Source of the DNA: Styela clava
Taxonomy: Eukaryota
DNA length: 64,000 nt
Assembly (NCBI RefSeq): GCF_964204865.1
Contig: NC_135258.1
Location: forward strand, 8,866,001-8,930,000
Direction: 5' to 3'
In this document: positions 26,207 to 39,404 of the stretch, piece after piece
How positions within the stretch are numbered: the stretch's first letter is position 1
How the letters are laid out: each line of letters starts with the position of its first letter
Position numbers and translations under genes: made by a program
The notes under the pieces: generated by a model
Seen by the model: the letters and a program-made list of their open reading frames with translations, nothing else
Told to the model about the DNA's origin: nothing
Database searches by the model: none

Positions 26207-28006
26207 CTTAATAAATAAAATTAGTTAACGCCTATGCTTTTAATTATTATTATTCATAAAACATAAAAAACGAGACACCAAAACAATTGAATAATATGTG
26301 TATATAATAAATTTGAAAAACATGAAAACCATCAAAGAGCTAAAGAACTAAAAGAAAACTTTTCCACTGCATTGACTTTGATCAGAACTGAACAAATATA
26401 GCACTCAGTTCAATTAATTTCAGGTCTGTAACCGACAAACTCGAACGTTATTTTATTGAATTGCTGAAGCAAAAAGATAAAATACCTCAAATACTCCAGG
26501 GGACTGTGAAACTGTGAATACGACCACGGCGTTTATCTATTAGTAAAATAAAAAAAACACGAGTACTGTATAACGTACATTCGTTCATTTCCAATTCAAG
26601 CTTGTATTCAACGGAGTCGTAAACAACGGCCAAACGTATAGCTTTCCTTCATAACTTAGGACTTTTCTGATTGCAGTTATATTGCTTCCTGAATACCTGT
26701 GTTTACCCAGAAACAATCTTGTATTAAAATTTTGCCCTTTTCAAAAATATAAAACATAAAAACACGGAGATTTCCAACGGTAGTTGTTGACATGTAATAG
26801 CCATTGATTTTTTTTTCAATGGAATTATTTGAAAAAACAAGAACAAGATTAACAACAATAATATAATAATAACAGAACGATCCATATGTAACTTTGTGTA
26901 CAAAAATGAAACAACAAATTATCAGTGTGAAAATCAGACGGTAGGCTAATCTGGGATTAAATTACTGACTGATATTAACCCAACTTGCGAGAGTACAGCA
27001 AAGTTTAAGAATCAAGTTCAGCAGCAATACAACCAAATTAAATTTGTTTGCAATCCTACATTTTTATTTTTCGAGACGGAAAAAGACAAACTATAATTGC
27101 AGACACAAGTAACCTCTTTTGGCGTTTGTGGTTTAATTGATATTCATAAAAATCGTTGGCAGTCCCACGACTCCCACATGACTTTCGTCTTTTGCTTTAG
27201 AAGTGATGCAGGCATTTGTTGGTAACAATTTCGAAATTGGGAAAAGTGTTTGAAATCTTCATTTACCGCATGATTTTTTTAAAGTTATTATACGGATTGA
27301 TTATTTGAATATTTTCGTTCCAAATTGAATTAAGCTATTGAATAATGCCAACATTGGAATGCGGATATAATTGTAGGCCGAATTGGGCAATTTCGTAAGT
27401 AGGTGTTGTACATTGAACATTTAAAACAAGTTTTCATTATTTGCCTTTAATTTATATTTACGATTTGGTGTAATTGTCAAGAATATGACTAAGCAGCCAT
27501 TTGGGGACAAATATAAAATATTCTTAGCCAACTCGTCCGACACAGACCGCAATTCTACATTGCGACACAGGCGTCGCACATAGGATACAAATTTAAAAAG
27601 ATTGCCGGGATTGCTGTAGAAAAATAAGTTGTATTTAGACTAGAATAATAGATATTAGAATTTTATATAAAGTAGATCATGCTTGGGGATAAGTTTTATA
27701 TTAATTTAATTACTTGGTTTTTATCTTAGAAACAAGGTCGTTATAGACTGTTACAATCGCTTCTGTCACGACTGATAGTGCTCGGTCCTGATGTCAGTTT
27801 CAGGGTCGACTGAATTTATTCTGGTTTACTCTGTCGCAAATAATAACAGTTCATATATCTCTAAACCAGTATATATTAAATTTTGATGTTCTTTTTTTAA
27901 TCGCATAATTGCTTTATGCTTAAATCAATTAGAAGCGAAATAAGCGTATTTATTTACCTCCTATTTACCATTTGAATCTGGTAGTAATTTTTTTCATGTG
28001 AGCACA

Positions 28007-31000
28007 ATGCCGAGTTTCTATTCAGCTTGTGTTGTTCTCATTCCTGTACTTCTATCCACAATGGTTTTGAGCAGAAACGTGCATGACCGTTGGTGGTAAG
28101 ATTTTTCTTTCTATAAATTTAAGAACCATTGCACTTAACTAGTTGCAGTGTACGTAATTAGTTGTTATGTTTTATTGGCGATGCAAAACAAAAACCTTCT
28201 TCTTTTAACCAATTCGTCACTGCTGGAGAGAAGAGCTCATACGACAATGTAAAGACATGATGACTATTTAGCTAATGTCGAATCGTATTTCACCTGCATG
28301 ACTATGAGCAAATATTATTTCGGACTATAAAAGTTAACAAATAGTTTTTTTTCGATCCATGGTTTTAATTGATAATTTTTTATTCAAGAAAAATTTCTTC
28401 AAACGACAAATCATATATAACCTACGGATATAATAAGTACAACTTACTTTATAAACACTTTTTTACAAAATAATTTTCAGGTCCGTCGCACAAGATTCCA
28501 TTCGCGATATGGTACAGAGAAATAGATCTATTTGTCAAAAAGTAGAAGGATTCACACAATACCAAAAGAGATGGTGTAAGACGAATAAAGCATTTATGAA
28601 GTTTGTAATCGAGGGAGCGAGACAAGGAATCTCGGAATGTAAATATCAGTTTCGCAATGATCGATGGAATTGCTCAACAGAAGAAAAAAAATGGATATTT
28701 TATGGAAAATTTATAAAATATCACGGTGACTATCTAGTGAAATATTTGAACATTTCTTTAGTTTCAACGCTTAAAACGCAACTGACACTGAGTTAAGTCG
28801 GCTGTGATGATATAATGTAACCTAATAACTAACACTATTCCAATTATTGGGAATGAAATTGACCCATATGAATCGTTTTGTTGTTATGTTGTTTTTGTGA
28901 AAAAATCGTCTTTTTTCTTCAACTACTCGACCATTGAAGATTGTTGTTGTCGCTAGAAGGGTATTTTGTTTTTTTAAAAATATTTGTTTGAATTTGTTTT
29001 TCACTTCAAAGTTTTATGTGATGAACTCATAAAAATTAGCCGTTTTCAAGCAGTCTGTTACATTCAATGAAAAAAATTGAATTTAAACTTAATTGAAATT
29101 AAATTTTAGTATAATAAATTTTTTAATTTCATTTTTTTGTTCTAATTTTTCCTATTCAAAATGATTTGCATTTCAGGATCTCGAGAAAGCGCATTTGCAC
29201 ATGCTATAACTGCTGCTGGCGTAGTACATGCCATATCTCAAGCTTGTGCAACTAATAGTCTTCCACCCGAAGCTTGTCCCGATGTAAGTTTAATTGGATT
29301 TAGTTTATGACATTTTCTATCGCCCCCTCTTTCACGATGAATGACAAAACAACATGCTATAGGTTATAAGTATCACAGATATCTACAAACCTACAATGTG
29401 ACTATAAATGACTTTCTTATCATTATTATTCTTTTACGAGTCTTTTAGCAATCAATTTTAGTGGACACGAAATGCGTCATCAAAATTAAAAATTGCGCAT
29501 TTTGTGGCGGTTCCGCGTTAGTGGCCGTGTCCATATAATTTGCTGCCTAGGAATATTTAACACAAATTCGAGTCATTCCGCTAACGAAGTTTTTTATTTA
29601 CATAAATTCAGTCTTGGATCAGTATTTAATTAAAAAAGGCGTGTTCGTGGAAAAATGATGTCATCCGACGTTTTGCCTTTTTTGGTTCATTTTCATAAAA
29701 AATCAAAAATAATCCATAATTCATAATAATATGGATTGATGTTAATTTACAAACGGTTGTATGTATGAATAAATCTCATATAACTATGCATAAATATTGC
29801 TTCAAAATAATAATAAAACAATTTATTATCAATTTCCATTAAGGATGGTCTGTACAGCAAATTCGCAAGTGGGTTAGTGAAATATTTTCTTAACAATAAA
29901 AGACACAGACGAGGACTGGATCGCCGACTAGTAATGGACGATCACAATAACAAAGTTGGGAGGATGGTATGTAATGTAAACACGTATATTTTTAGTTTTT
30001 ATTCTGATTTGCTGTCATTTCTATTAGTGAAATTTGCTCGTAAACAGGTGAGTAATTTGAAAATATTAGAAGATTTGAAAACTATTGTACTGTTTATGAA
30101 TATTTTATTACAAAATCCAGAAAAACAGCTGTTATGCTTTTTTTTTAATTCTTACTCAAATTAAACATCATCTCATTTGCTGACCTTCAACGTTTTTATG
30201 AAACCTCGAATAATAATACGAATGGCTCACGAATTTTGTTTCCTTTCTGGATTCCTATTCAAATGAAATGCAAAATTGGATAAACCTTTATAAACCGTTA
30301 GGATGTGAGATATTTACAGAATAATGAGTAAATATTGTTTCAAAAGTTCCAAGCTAAGCAGGGCTTATATGTAAAAATTACAGTCGTCTTTTGAAATTCG
30401 TAGAAGGCGAGAGACTACTTATCTGGCCAAGTTTTGACATTATAGAAAATAAGATTAAAAAAACTTTCTTTGTTAATGAAGGCGTTTTATATCTTTTCGA
30501 ATCAATTTTGGGCGCTCCAGAAGTGTGTGCGTAAAGGGACTGAAACCTATGGGCAGGGGTATATTCACTTGGTTAACACAGACAGCCACCGAACTTGTGA
30601 TAGAAATAAAATAAGGAAAATTGGAGAAAAATTATGGCCTAACCCTAACCTGGTACACACACTATACGGGAGTATCCAATTTTGGACGCGAAAAAACTCG
30701 GCAATCATTGAGTATAATTAGCTTATTATATTCGTCCGTCTGGTTTTGACAGGCTGTTGTAAATACGTCCGAGAAAAAGTGCAAATGTATCGATGTACCG
30801 GAAAATATGGAAATATGCAACAAAACATTCTGCTGGGAGGATGTTGAGGATTTTCGAGTAATTGGCAATACATTGAGAAAAGCATATTTTAATGCAAGTC
30901 AATTTTGGATACCGCGAGACGAAATTGCATCTGGGAATCTGAATACCAAACTCAAAACCGATCTCAAATCTAACACCGAGCTTGTATATTTTAATGGTTC

Positions 31001-31217
31001 TCCAGACCTTTGCTACCGTGTACCGAGAAACAACTATTATGGAACTCGCTCCCGTGTATGCAATGCTACAGGGTCGGAGTTCGGAAGCTGTGAGTATTTG
31101 TGCTGCGGTTATGGCTACGAAGCGAAAATGTTTGAAGTTGTCGAATTATGCAATTGTGACACTCAAAATAAATGCTTCAGATGTGTGCGCATGGAACAGC
31201 GCCATGTATGTAAATAA
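28007..31217 (+). CDS. Wnt: Divergent Wnt-family protein copy B, 5 exons, 342 aa, no acylation serine
   Basis: Exons 28007-28095, 28481-28725, 29177-29283, 29844-29966 and 30753-31217 sum to 1029 nt in frame. Signal peptide plus WW. Motifs ECKYQFRNDRWNC, SRESAFAHAITAAGVVHAISQAC, HNNKVGR, LVYFNGSPDLC, CCGYGY. Subfamily not assignable by eye. Confidence 0.92.
30511..30676. mobile_element. MITE derivative in Wnt B intron 4, related to 20802-21037
   Basis: Shares AAATAAGGAAAATTGGA.AAAAATTAT.GCCTAACCCTAACCTG. 8-bp TSD CAATTTTG. Confidence 0.75.
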
Positions 31218-32540
31218 TCAACCCCATCAAATATATATACCAAAATGTAAGAAATCCTACTACTCAATATCAATAATTTTTTCCGTTACAAATACAACTG
31301 CAACAAATTTTTTTTTTTCTGTTTACCTATATTTATTTTAAATTGATTTCATTCTCTCGATATATATATATTATTTGACCGACACCATGCAATATCAATA
31401 CACAAAAACACTCAGCACAGAAGGATTGAATGTATGTATTTAGGCAGAATAAAGTATCAATGGTATTGTTAACATCGTTCTGAAGTCGCCATTGTCATAA
31501 GAGTGATATATTGGCCACGTTGTGTGTGATAAATATCTATAAGATCTAATTAAATGTTTGAAACGTTTGATATTTGAAATGAAAAATTATCTTTTGCATA
31601 AAGAAAAATAAAATAATATTCGTGTATGATTCTGCATATGATGGTATGTAATATAGATTGAAATTGTTCATGACTTGCAGTTTTTTTTACGTACTGGTAT
31701 TGAGTAGCGGTTTTGAGTCACACCAGATTGAATCTGTCTCGTTCAATACAATAGGAATATAAATTTATGGATTAAATATATTTATATTAGCTTGGGAAAG
31801 AGTTAGAGCCAATTCAAAAGTTTCGTAAGACAAGATGGCAGTATCTATAATTCTATAACCTCTATTGAAGTCGACAACAAACTAATAAAAAAATAATTTT
31901 GGGCATCAAAAGGAATAGGGGAAATAATATTAGGGAAATGTTCTTCAGAGTATTCTAGCCAAATAGAATTCAATCATACACTTCTATAAGCTATGCTTAA
32001 AGCCTAAGGATTAAATGGTAGACAATTTTTTTTTTTTTTCAAAATCACCCATGCAAAATGAACCCAGAAAATCGGCCCAACAGGATAGGATTTTGATAGT
32101 AATTCAATTTTTGCCATCATCCTTAATTCGACCTCCCATACTCGCGTGACTTTGATATCGACCTAATGAACTAACTACTTTACTGTATCTATACTGCATC
32201 CTGATTGCGATACCATCATTACTTCCGTATGCCATATGATGAGATTGACTTATATATATAATAGATGGGAACGATTCCAATACCCTAATTTTAAGGCTAT
32301 CAGGAAGTGCGTCTATTCATTCATATAATGTCACTCATATTCAAACGCAATGTTTCGCGTATTACTTCATTCATTAGCGCTGTTAGAACAATAAAAGTCA
32401 ACTCGAATGGATTTTTGGACTATGCGCTGTATTAGCCATTAAGCCTCTTGTTTCTTAACACTGCCTAAGATTATGCATCAGCTGGATCCAACTAAAAATC
32501 AGCAATTTGCCTTTTATTAAGTAATTCTTTTTTCATCACA

Positions 32541-33887
32541 ATGACTGAAGAAGTGACAGAAGAAATGAGTGGCGACGACATGGATGATGGAAATGTCATG
32601 AAGAGTATTATGCATAGGGGAATAGCGGTGGAGTTCATATTATTGGTTTTAAACTTGTATCTTGCGGTGGCATTCGGATTGCACGGAAAAAAAGAAAAGA
32701 TGATGAAATGTCGTTCTAATAGAGATATGCATCGTGGTTTAGTGTATAAAAGTGCTCTTGCAGCCGTGATTTTACCATTCCTACGGTACGCATGTACCTT
32801 GGCGTTCATATTTGAAGGCCTTTTCTCAACTGGATTCAATGGATGTGAATGGTCTGCTGATTTTGCATATGTAGGTTTAATGCTGGGGCTTTTACCAACG
32901 TATACGTTTCTATGGGCCCGGCAGAGAGCATTCTACAGCCATCCTAGCCTTAGTGGAAAATACGGTGTCTGTATCAGTTTAACAAGCAAGTTTGTTTTTG
33001 TGCCCATAATTGTCCAAGGGTTGGTATCTGTAGTACTCGCTACATATACAAGAGAATACGAACTAGATATCAAAAACCATCAATGCGTTCTGTCAGATCA
33101 TGTACCCCATGTTGACTACAGAGAGTTTCTCTATGCCGGGGTGATGGTTTCAAGTCAAGTTGTATTACTGTTGCTCTTCATAAACCCGATCGTATCGCAT
33201 GTAAAATCACAGAATAAGCAATTCACGGTACGAAGAAATGCAAACGATGATACGGATTTCAAATCAACCACCGAGAGTAGCTCTCAGCACGATGTATCCA
33301 CGATAAATGTTGTTAACACTGTCAGCCAACAATCGGTATGCGGCGTGAGTTTGTCAACAAACCTGCCAGGCCACAATACCAACGAATTGGATGGCGAAAG
33401 GGTCAAGGGTCAAGATGAAAATACAACGAAAGAAATTATCATGCAAGTTTCCAACAAAGTACCAATTCAAACATACAAAAATCAAACTATGCTGGGTGTG
33501 GATAATCCAGCTGCAGATATTCCAGACTGCAAACCCAATAAAACATCAACCAAAATAGCTGATACGTTACGACGTCAGAGTACCCTCGCCACCAATTTTA
33601 TAAAACGAGCGACACGTGGCCGTGATACTGTCAGACGTGGAGGAAAAGTTTTCAGGCTTATGAAACGAACACTCTATCTTGCCTTGACATCAGTTTTATC
33701 CGATATCTCGGTTTTATTGATCTCGGTTATTTGGAGCAATGAGATTCCTCAATCTATGCTGTTTGTGCTATACGACATAAGCATGTTTATCAACGTAGTT
33801 ACCGTTACTGCTTCTTTTGAAAATTGGTGCAAGATATTGAGGCTCCCGTGCACCGTGCCTTTCAAGTGTTTGGATACTCAAGCTTGA
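32541..33887 (+). CDS. Intronless orphan 7-transmembrane (GPCR-like) protein, 448 aa
   Basis: Long uninterrupted ORF with seven hydrophobic segments, Cys at the top of TM3 (GCEW) and in ECL2 (HQCVL), WARQRAFY at the DRY-equivalent position, and a roughly 150-aa Ser/Thr-rich loop between TM5 and TM6. Confidence 0.8.
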   Translation: MTEEVTEEMSGDDMDDGNVMKSIMHRGIAVEFILLVLNLYLAVAFGLHGKKEKMMKCRSNRDMHRGLVYKSALAAVILPFLRYACTLAFIFEGLFSTGFNGCEWSADFAYVGLMLGLLPTYTFLWARQRAFYSHPSLSGKYGVCISLTSKFVFVPIIVQGLVSVVLATYTREYELDIKNHQCVLSDHVPHVDYREFLYAGVMVSSQVVLLLLFINPIVSHVKSQNKQFTVRRNANDDTDFKSTTESSSQHDVSTINVVNTVSQQSVCGVSLSTNLPGHNTNELDGERVKGQDENTTKEIIMQVSNKVPIQTYKNQTMLGVDNPAADIPDCKPNKTSTKIADTLRRQSTLATNFIKRATRGRDTVRRGGKVFRLMKRTLYLALTSVLSDISVLLISVIWSNEIPQSMLFVLYDISMFINVVTVTASFENWCKILRLPCTVPFKCLDTQA

Positions 33888-36800
33888 ATTAAAAAATTGC
33901 GCAAATTAATCAATTGCGCAGGTCTCGCTCAAATGAAGAAGGAATTTACACGAAATTGGTTTTTGATATCTTTCAAATAATCCAATCTATAAATTCCAAA
34001 GTCCTAAGAATAAGTCTTTTCCACTTGTACATGAAAATGTCCTGAGGTCACATCTCAGATGATGCTTCGTTTGTACGTGATCTTTGTCAATTGCAGTATA
34101 ATGTACATTCGGTCACATTATTTTGTGTTTCTTATACTAGTAATTTATCAGTTGTACTTACGTAGTTAGCCAATAAATAAATTATCACTAACCAAGTGTA
34201 AACACTGTTTGTTCATTCTGTGTGTAATACTGTAACTTTTACGCATATATTTTCTGATAAACTATGATGTGATGAATGTGATACATGCGAAATTTGCAGC
34301 ATTTTCTTTTTGTTATATTTTTGTTATTGCCTTTTCTGATTTTACTTATTCAGTTTACTTTTCATTAATAGCGAGCATACAATCTAAGAATTTAATTTGC
34401 TAAATGACACAAGAGGAATCAATAAACTTTACATATCTCAAATGTTAGATTAGTTCAGTCTCGGAATTACCTAGCTAGCTGATCCGTTTGACGACATTTA
34501 CTGATAAACGGGAAAAAGGGTCGTTGCCCGGCAAACAATTCAAGTTAACTTTGAACATTTTATGTCTCTTGAAATGAATAGAGAAAGTTTTTTCTATCTC
34601 AATCTCACTATGGTCGGCTGCAAAGTTTACGATTGGTTCTTGTCGAAAACGAGACAATAACTGACCACATTGAAGTTCAAATGATTTGTTTATCAAAGTG
34701 AAATCGTTAATGGTTTTTGACGAATTATGATATGATGTTCTAGAGCTGTCACTGATCAAAATTTCACTTACAAGTCACTCGCGATCTATTGAAATACAGT
34801 TCTGTACTCGTCAACTTCACTTGTCATTGTCAGTCAAATTAAATACATCTTTTAATATATTTTTCGATGGGCTTGGGTATCGTAATCGAGGGAATCGCAG
34901 AATTCTACTAGCAAGCATTTTACAAATGGTTGTATGGTTTGAAAAGGTGTTGGAGCTTAATATTAATAACTAACGCATACTATAATCACAGACATGTAGC
35001 AGGTCATCATTGATAAATAGCTATAATGTAGTGAGTCCCACATAACTAAAGTTCTTGGAGAAAACTTTTCACTTCGAAAATTTTGATATATATATGTTCA
35101 TTTTCAACATTTGAGTTATTCGATTCACATTCATTTTAAAAACAAAGATATGTCCGCATCGACTCCACTTAGCATGATTTAGAGCTAGATTTTTTAGAGC
35201 CACTCGTTCATGAGACGGGATATTAAAGTTAGAAGCAGATTACCAATTTTTATAATATCTCTGTAACGCAAACGTGGTATCTAACGAGTTAAAACTATAT
35301 CATCCCCACATAATAACCCTTCGGTGCTACTATAACGTGAGTTCTGCCACATCATAGCGTGAGATCTATCCGAGGATCACAATATATAGTGATATCCATA
35401 GTGGTCTACTGGGCCTACACTATATCGTGAGACCTATTTTAAGGAGGTCTACCGCACTATAGAGTGGGATATACTCCAGGCTGGTAGGCATACTATATTG
35501 TAAGGTCTCCGATGTATTTTTTCATTTCCGTATCCAGATGACCCCACTCTGTCGTACCATCAACTGATCTTATTTATATTGTTTTATATCTCATAAAACA
35601 CGACCCACATCCTCACCCAGCATTAAAATTATTGTTCGACGCATTTATATTTACTTTATCCTAATACTAAATTTGCTTTGATTGGCAGGACTGAACATTC
35701 GAGAAATTGATTTGGGTAATTACCGACTCTATAGGAGTGGTGTCAGTCAGCTTGTCGTGTGTGTGTGTTGTCAGGTGGCCCAGAAGCTCTGTTTGCGTTT
35801 TATTTTGGTGGCAAGTCTCAAGCAATCGTCTGCATGTAATAAGATGGTATTGAGAGAGATATAGGAAAAAAGAAGTTTTATCCTGTGTTAATATGTCGTA
35901 CATAATTCCGTTCAGATATTAGTGATGATGATCAGAAAGTATTTGCGATGCGTAGCTAACTATAGTAGGATAAATTTAGCTTTTGCCAATAAAAAACCGG
36001 TATTGTTTAAAAAGGCTTGTTGCGAAAGTGTTGGGAAATTTATGATCTCGCACCCCTTTGGATTTTGCGAGTTCGATCTTATGTTTCTGTATCACAAGAC
36101 GTTCACCTTCCGTCGTACTTAATTATATAGCCAATGATATGACATAAAAGTTCAAATGCATTTCTTATATCTTATACATTTTTCTCGCTGAAGTACAGCT
36201 TTTAGATGAATGAGGCCGGCGTAAAAGTTGAAAGTCGCTCAGGCACTTTTTCAATAAAAAAAATATTTGTAGTAACAATGGTTGATAGCAGTAACTATTC
36301 TTTATAGTTTCGAGTGCGAAAAATTTAGTTGTAAATCGAATTAGCCTACTTAGTAATCGTTTTGTCGCTGGGAGAGTTTTAGTTAAATCAGAAAATGTTT
36401 CAGAAATATCTTTTCAATTCCAAGGGGTTGAATATTTTGAAACCAACCAACTCGCGAAAACGCTCACAAAATAGCACTAATAATCTTATAATGGGAAAGG
36501 ATAGAAAGAATTTTTCCGGGATCAAAGGTTGCTTGAGGTTGAGGATCATGCATGTCATCGGTTTTCGTTTTCCCGCGGTAACCAACGCCCGAGCAAAATA
36601 CATCAATTTTTAGGCAAAGTTACATTCGCAATTGAAACAAACTGCGAATATTAGGAAAGTTTGTTACTTTGGAATCTGCCCTAGCACCATTTCATTATTA
36701 TTAAAACAGTAATATATAAGTTATTAAAATTTACAACAGATACCGAAGAAGAATACATATAGTACTACGAATCTGGGATCTGAGTTGAAATTTTTGTCGT

Positions 36801-37229
36801 GCATGTTACGTTATCACTTCTGTCAAATACGTCATCGACTTAGAAAAGATACTTTGAAACTATTGATCGTTTTACTTAATTGCTGCTTATGCTGTTATTG
36901 TTTGTATCAAATTAGCTAATGAGAAATTTGAATCAATATCTTTATGCCACAGTCATTTTTATATGATGCATTTTTATATATTAATAAATGTTATACCTAA
37001 TGCCATATTCAGCCATTGATCCAGTGATTCAGTATAGCATTATGCAAATATGACAAGAGTCCGTAGAATTATTTTCATACGGTGTAAGTAGTATCTTCTC
37101 TAAACAAAATGGAGAAGCATTTATCGCCTCCAAATGTTATTTCTTTCGTATATGTCATTTACTTAGCAACTCAGAAACTTCAAAATAATATTAAATCTGT
37201 AGTCAGTTAACTACTGCTTACTTTAACAG

Positions 37230-37660
37230 GCCGTTGTCAAGACATCGCAAACCATGTGTAAATGCCATGGTTTAAAGGAATCTTGTAATTTTAAAACATG
37301 CTGGAAACAAGTGCGCGATTTTCGTGTTGTATCAGACGAATTGAAAGAGGCATACGACAGAGCAATCGAAGTTGAAAAGTGGGGAACTAGTCGCTAAAAG
37401 ATTGATGAGAAATCCAACAGATTCTGATCGTATATACTGATCATATAGAATAGACTATCGTGAACGGAATGCCGAAAGTGGAATATTTGGAACAGTCGGA
37501 CGCGAATGCGATGTCAGAACCATTGGAATGCACGATTGCAACATAATCTGTTGTGGGCGCTGATACAAAACCACCAAGTTTCGTGTTGATGGAATTTGTA
37601 TTGGCAGCACAACTGGCAGACCCTAAATTTGCAGTCGTATTGACACTGGACTCATTTTTT
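37230..37660 (+). pseudogene. Wnt: Wnt relic: inverted copy of the last exon of Wnt copy C
   Basis: AVVKTSQTMCKCHGLKESCNFKTCWKQVRDFRVVSDELKEAYDRAIEV followed by frameshifts and stops. Flanking intron sequence (about 36900-37229) matches the reverse complement of about 56443-56770. Confidence 0.9.
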
Positions 37661-37875
37661 GCTCACCAAAATTCAGTTTTGAAATTCTTCCAACACAAAA
37701 TTATCGACTTTGGGTTTTGTCTAATTCCTACATTTCAGTTGACAGATAAATGTTATTGGAACTCTGAATTTTAACCTAAACCTCATTTAATTGGCACAAT
37801 AGTTCTATGTTGTTGATATATATCAGAAAATAGATGACAACCAGTGATACAGTATTTCCTCTTCCTGAATTGTTG

Positions 37876-38210
37876 TCGTGTTTCCCCGAAAATAAGACCT
37901 AGCCTGATTTTTAGAAAATGATTTTAATATAAGCCCTCAAAATAAGACATATTCGATAGCAAGAAATCTCTCCTACACGTTTTAAATGATTGATAATCTA
38001 TGTTTTGCAGTTATTTTGAATAAAAACGTGTTATTTATAAGTAAATGGATATCAGTTTTCATATTTTGTTTATTTTGAAATCTCCTAATTCTCTACTTTG
38101 TAATTTTGTTTTCAATAAATGAAAAATAAGACATCCCCAAAATAAGCCGCAGTGTTATTTTTCAGAAAATAATTCGAATAAGACCCAGTCTTATTTTCGG
38201 GGAAACACGG
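37876..38210. mobile_element. Tc1/mariner (pogo/Tigger-like) MITE
   Basis: TIRs CGTGTTTCCCCGAAAATAAGAC / GTCTTATTTTCGGGGAAACACGG followed by TA. Internal repeats of the AAATAAGMC motif. Confidence 0.8.
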
Positions 38211-38789
38211 TAATAGTATATATATTTTTCTACTCTACTGTACTATCTGATTACCTGGGCATGTTGGGGGATTGAATATAACATGCAACTACAGTTACTG
38301 ATCGTTCGATTGAGCTCTGGACAGATGGCATTAAATTCGAAAATGTTTTAACATTGATTTTTAAGTTTGTAACTTCAGCGATAGTTTGTCTTTTAAAAAG
38401 AAGTTTACTTGAACGTCTTTAACAACCGAATGGGGAAATCAACCGAACCAACTAAATCACTGGGGAAGTTGCAGTTAAAAGATCATTGGGTCTCTTATGA
38501 TTTACGAACCAACTTGCTTACTTTAAAATCTATAAATCATTTTCTAAATTGCGATCCCAATATGCCCTAATAGAACAAATGTCTCCAACATCTGCTTTTC
38601 GCGATATATATTCTAATACGGGTAAGATATATTTTAATGTACACAGTTTAAAACAATTGATGTAGTTAAAAAACTAATTCAGTCTAATTGTTATGAACGT
38701 TTGAAAATTTGTCCGAAAATCGTCTATTGATATATAAGGGATATATGTTGAGATGCAATCATTCAACTTCTTCATCAAATACCATATGA

Positions 38790-39404
38790 CAGGGGTGGCC
38801 AACAAGTCGATCGCCATCGCCACGTCTCGAGTAGTCGATCGCCTCTGATGTTGAGTGAATGTCATAACATAACCCAAATATAACCAGTTTCATGCAGCGT
38901 CTGTTGTGCGCTTTAAAACAGGAGAAATACAACATACGGTATTTGAGGTATTATTACGTAACAAATGCAAGTTTCGCTGCTGCGAAGGTTTATAGCCTGC
39001 ATGCGCAAAATACCATGAACACAAATATTGAAACATTTACTCTGGGTACAATTACATATTCATAAACCGCTTGAACCCTGTAAGCCGTCTTTTCAGAGAA
39101 CGCTTTTTCACGTGGCAAACCGGTTTTCCGTATTGCTCCTCGTTTCAGAAGCAATCAATTTTATGCTCTCATATCTCAGAGACGTCAGGGTTCAAAGAAA
39201 TTTTTGCGGCTATTTTGTTAACAATGCGGCTCTGTGAGCTTATTGGCAGCGATGGAAGTTGTGTAAGCGTGTGTTACTGTTCAGTTATCTGCATAATCGA
39301 TGGGTCTACTCGTTCGTTATCGTGTATGACCTTATTACCTATCAGTCGATCGCGAGCTACTTTGGAGGTTTCAGTCGATTGCGGAAGCAGGTTGACCACC
39401 CCTA
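38790..39404. mobile_element. Non-autonomous hAT element
   Basis: TIRs CAGGGGTGGCCAAC / GTTGACCACCCCTA, TSD CCATATGA / CCATATGG, subterminal GTCGATCGC repeats. Confidence 0.82.

Noticed and set aside
35325-35510. Degenerate repeats of CACTATAxxGTGAG
   Set aside because: Too irregular in period and sequence to assign. Probably an old minisatellite.
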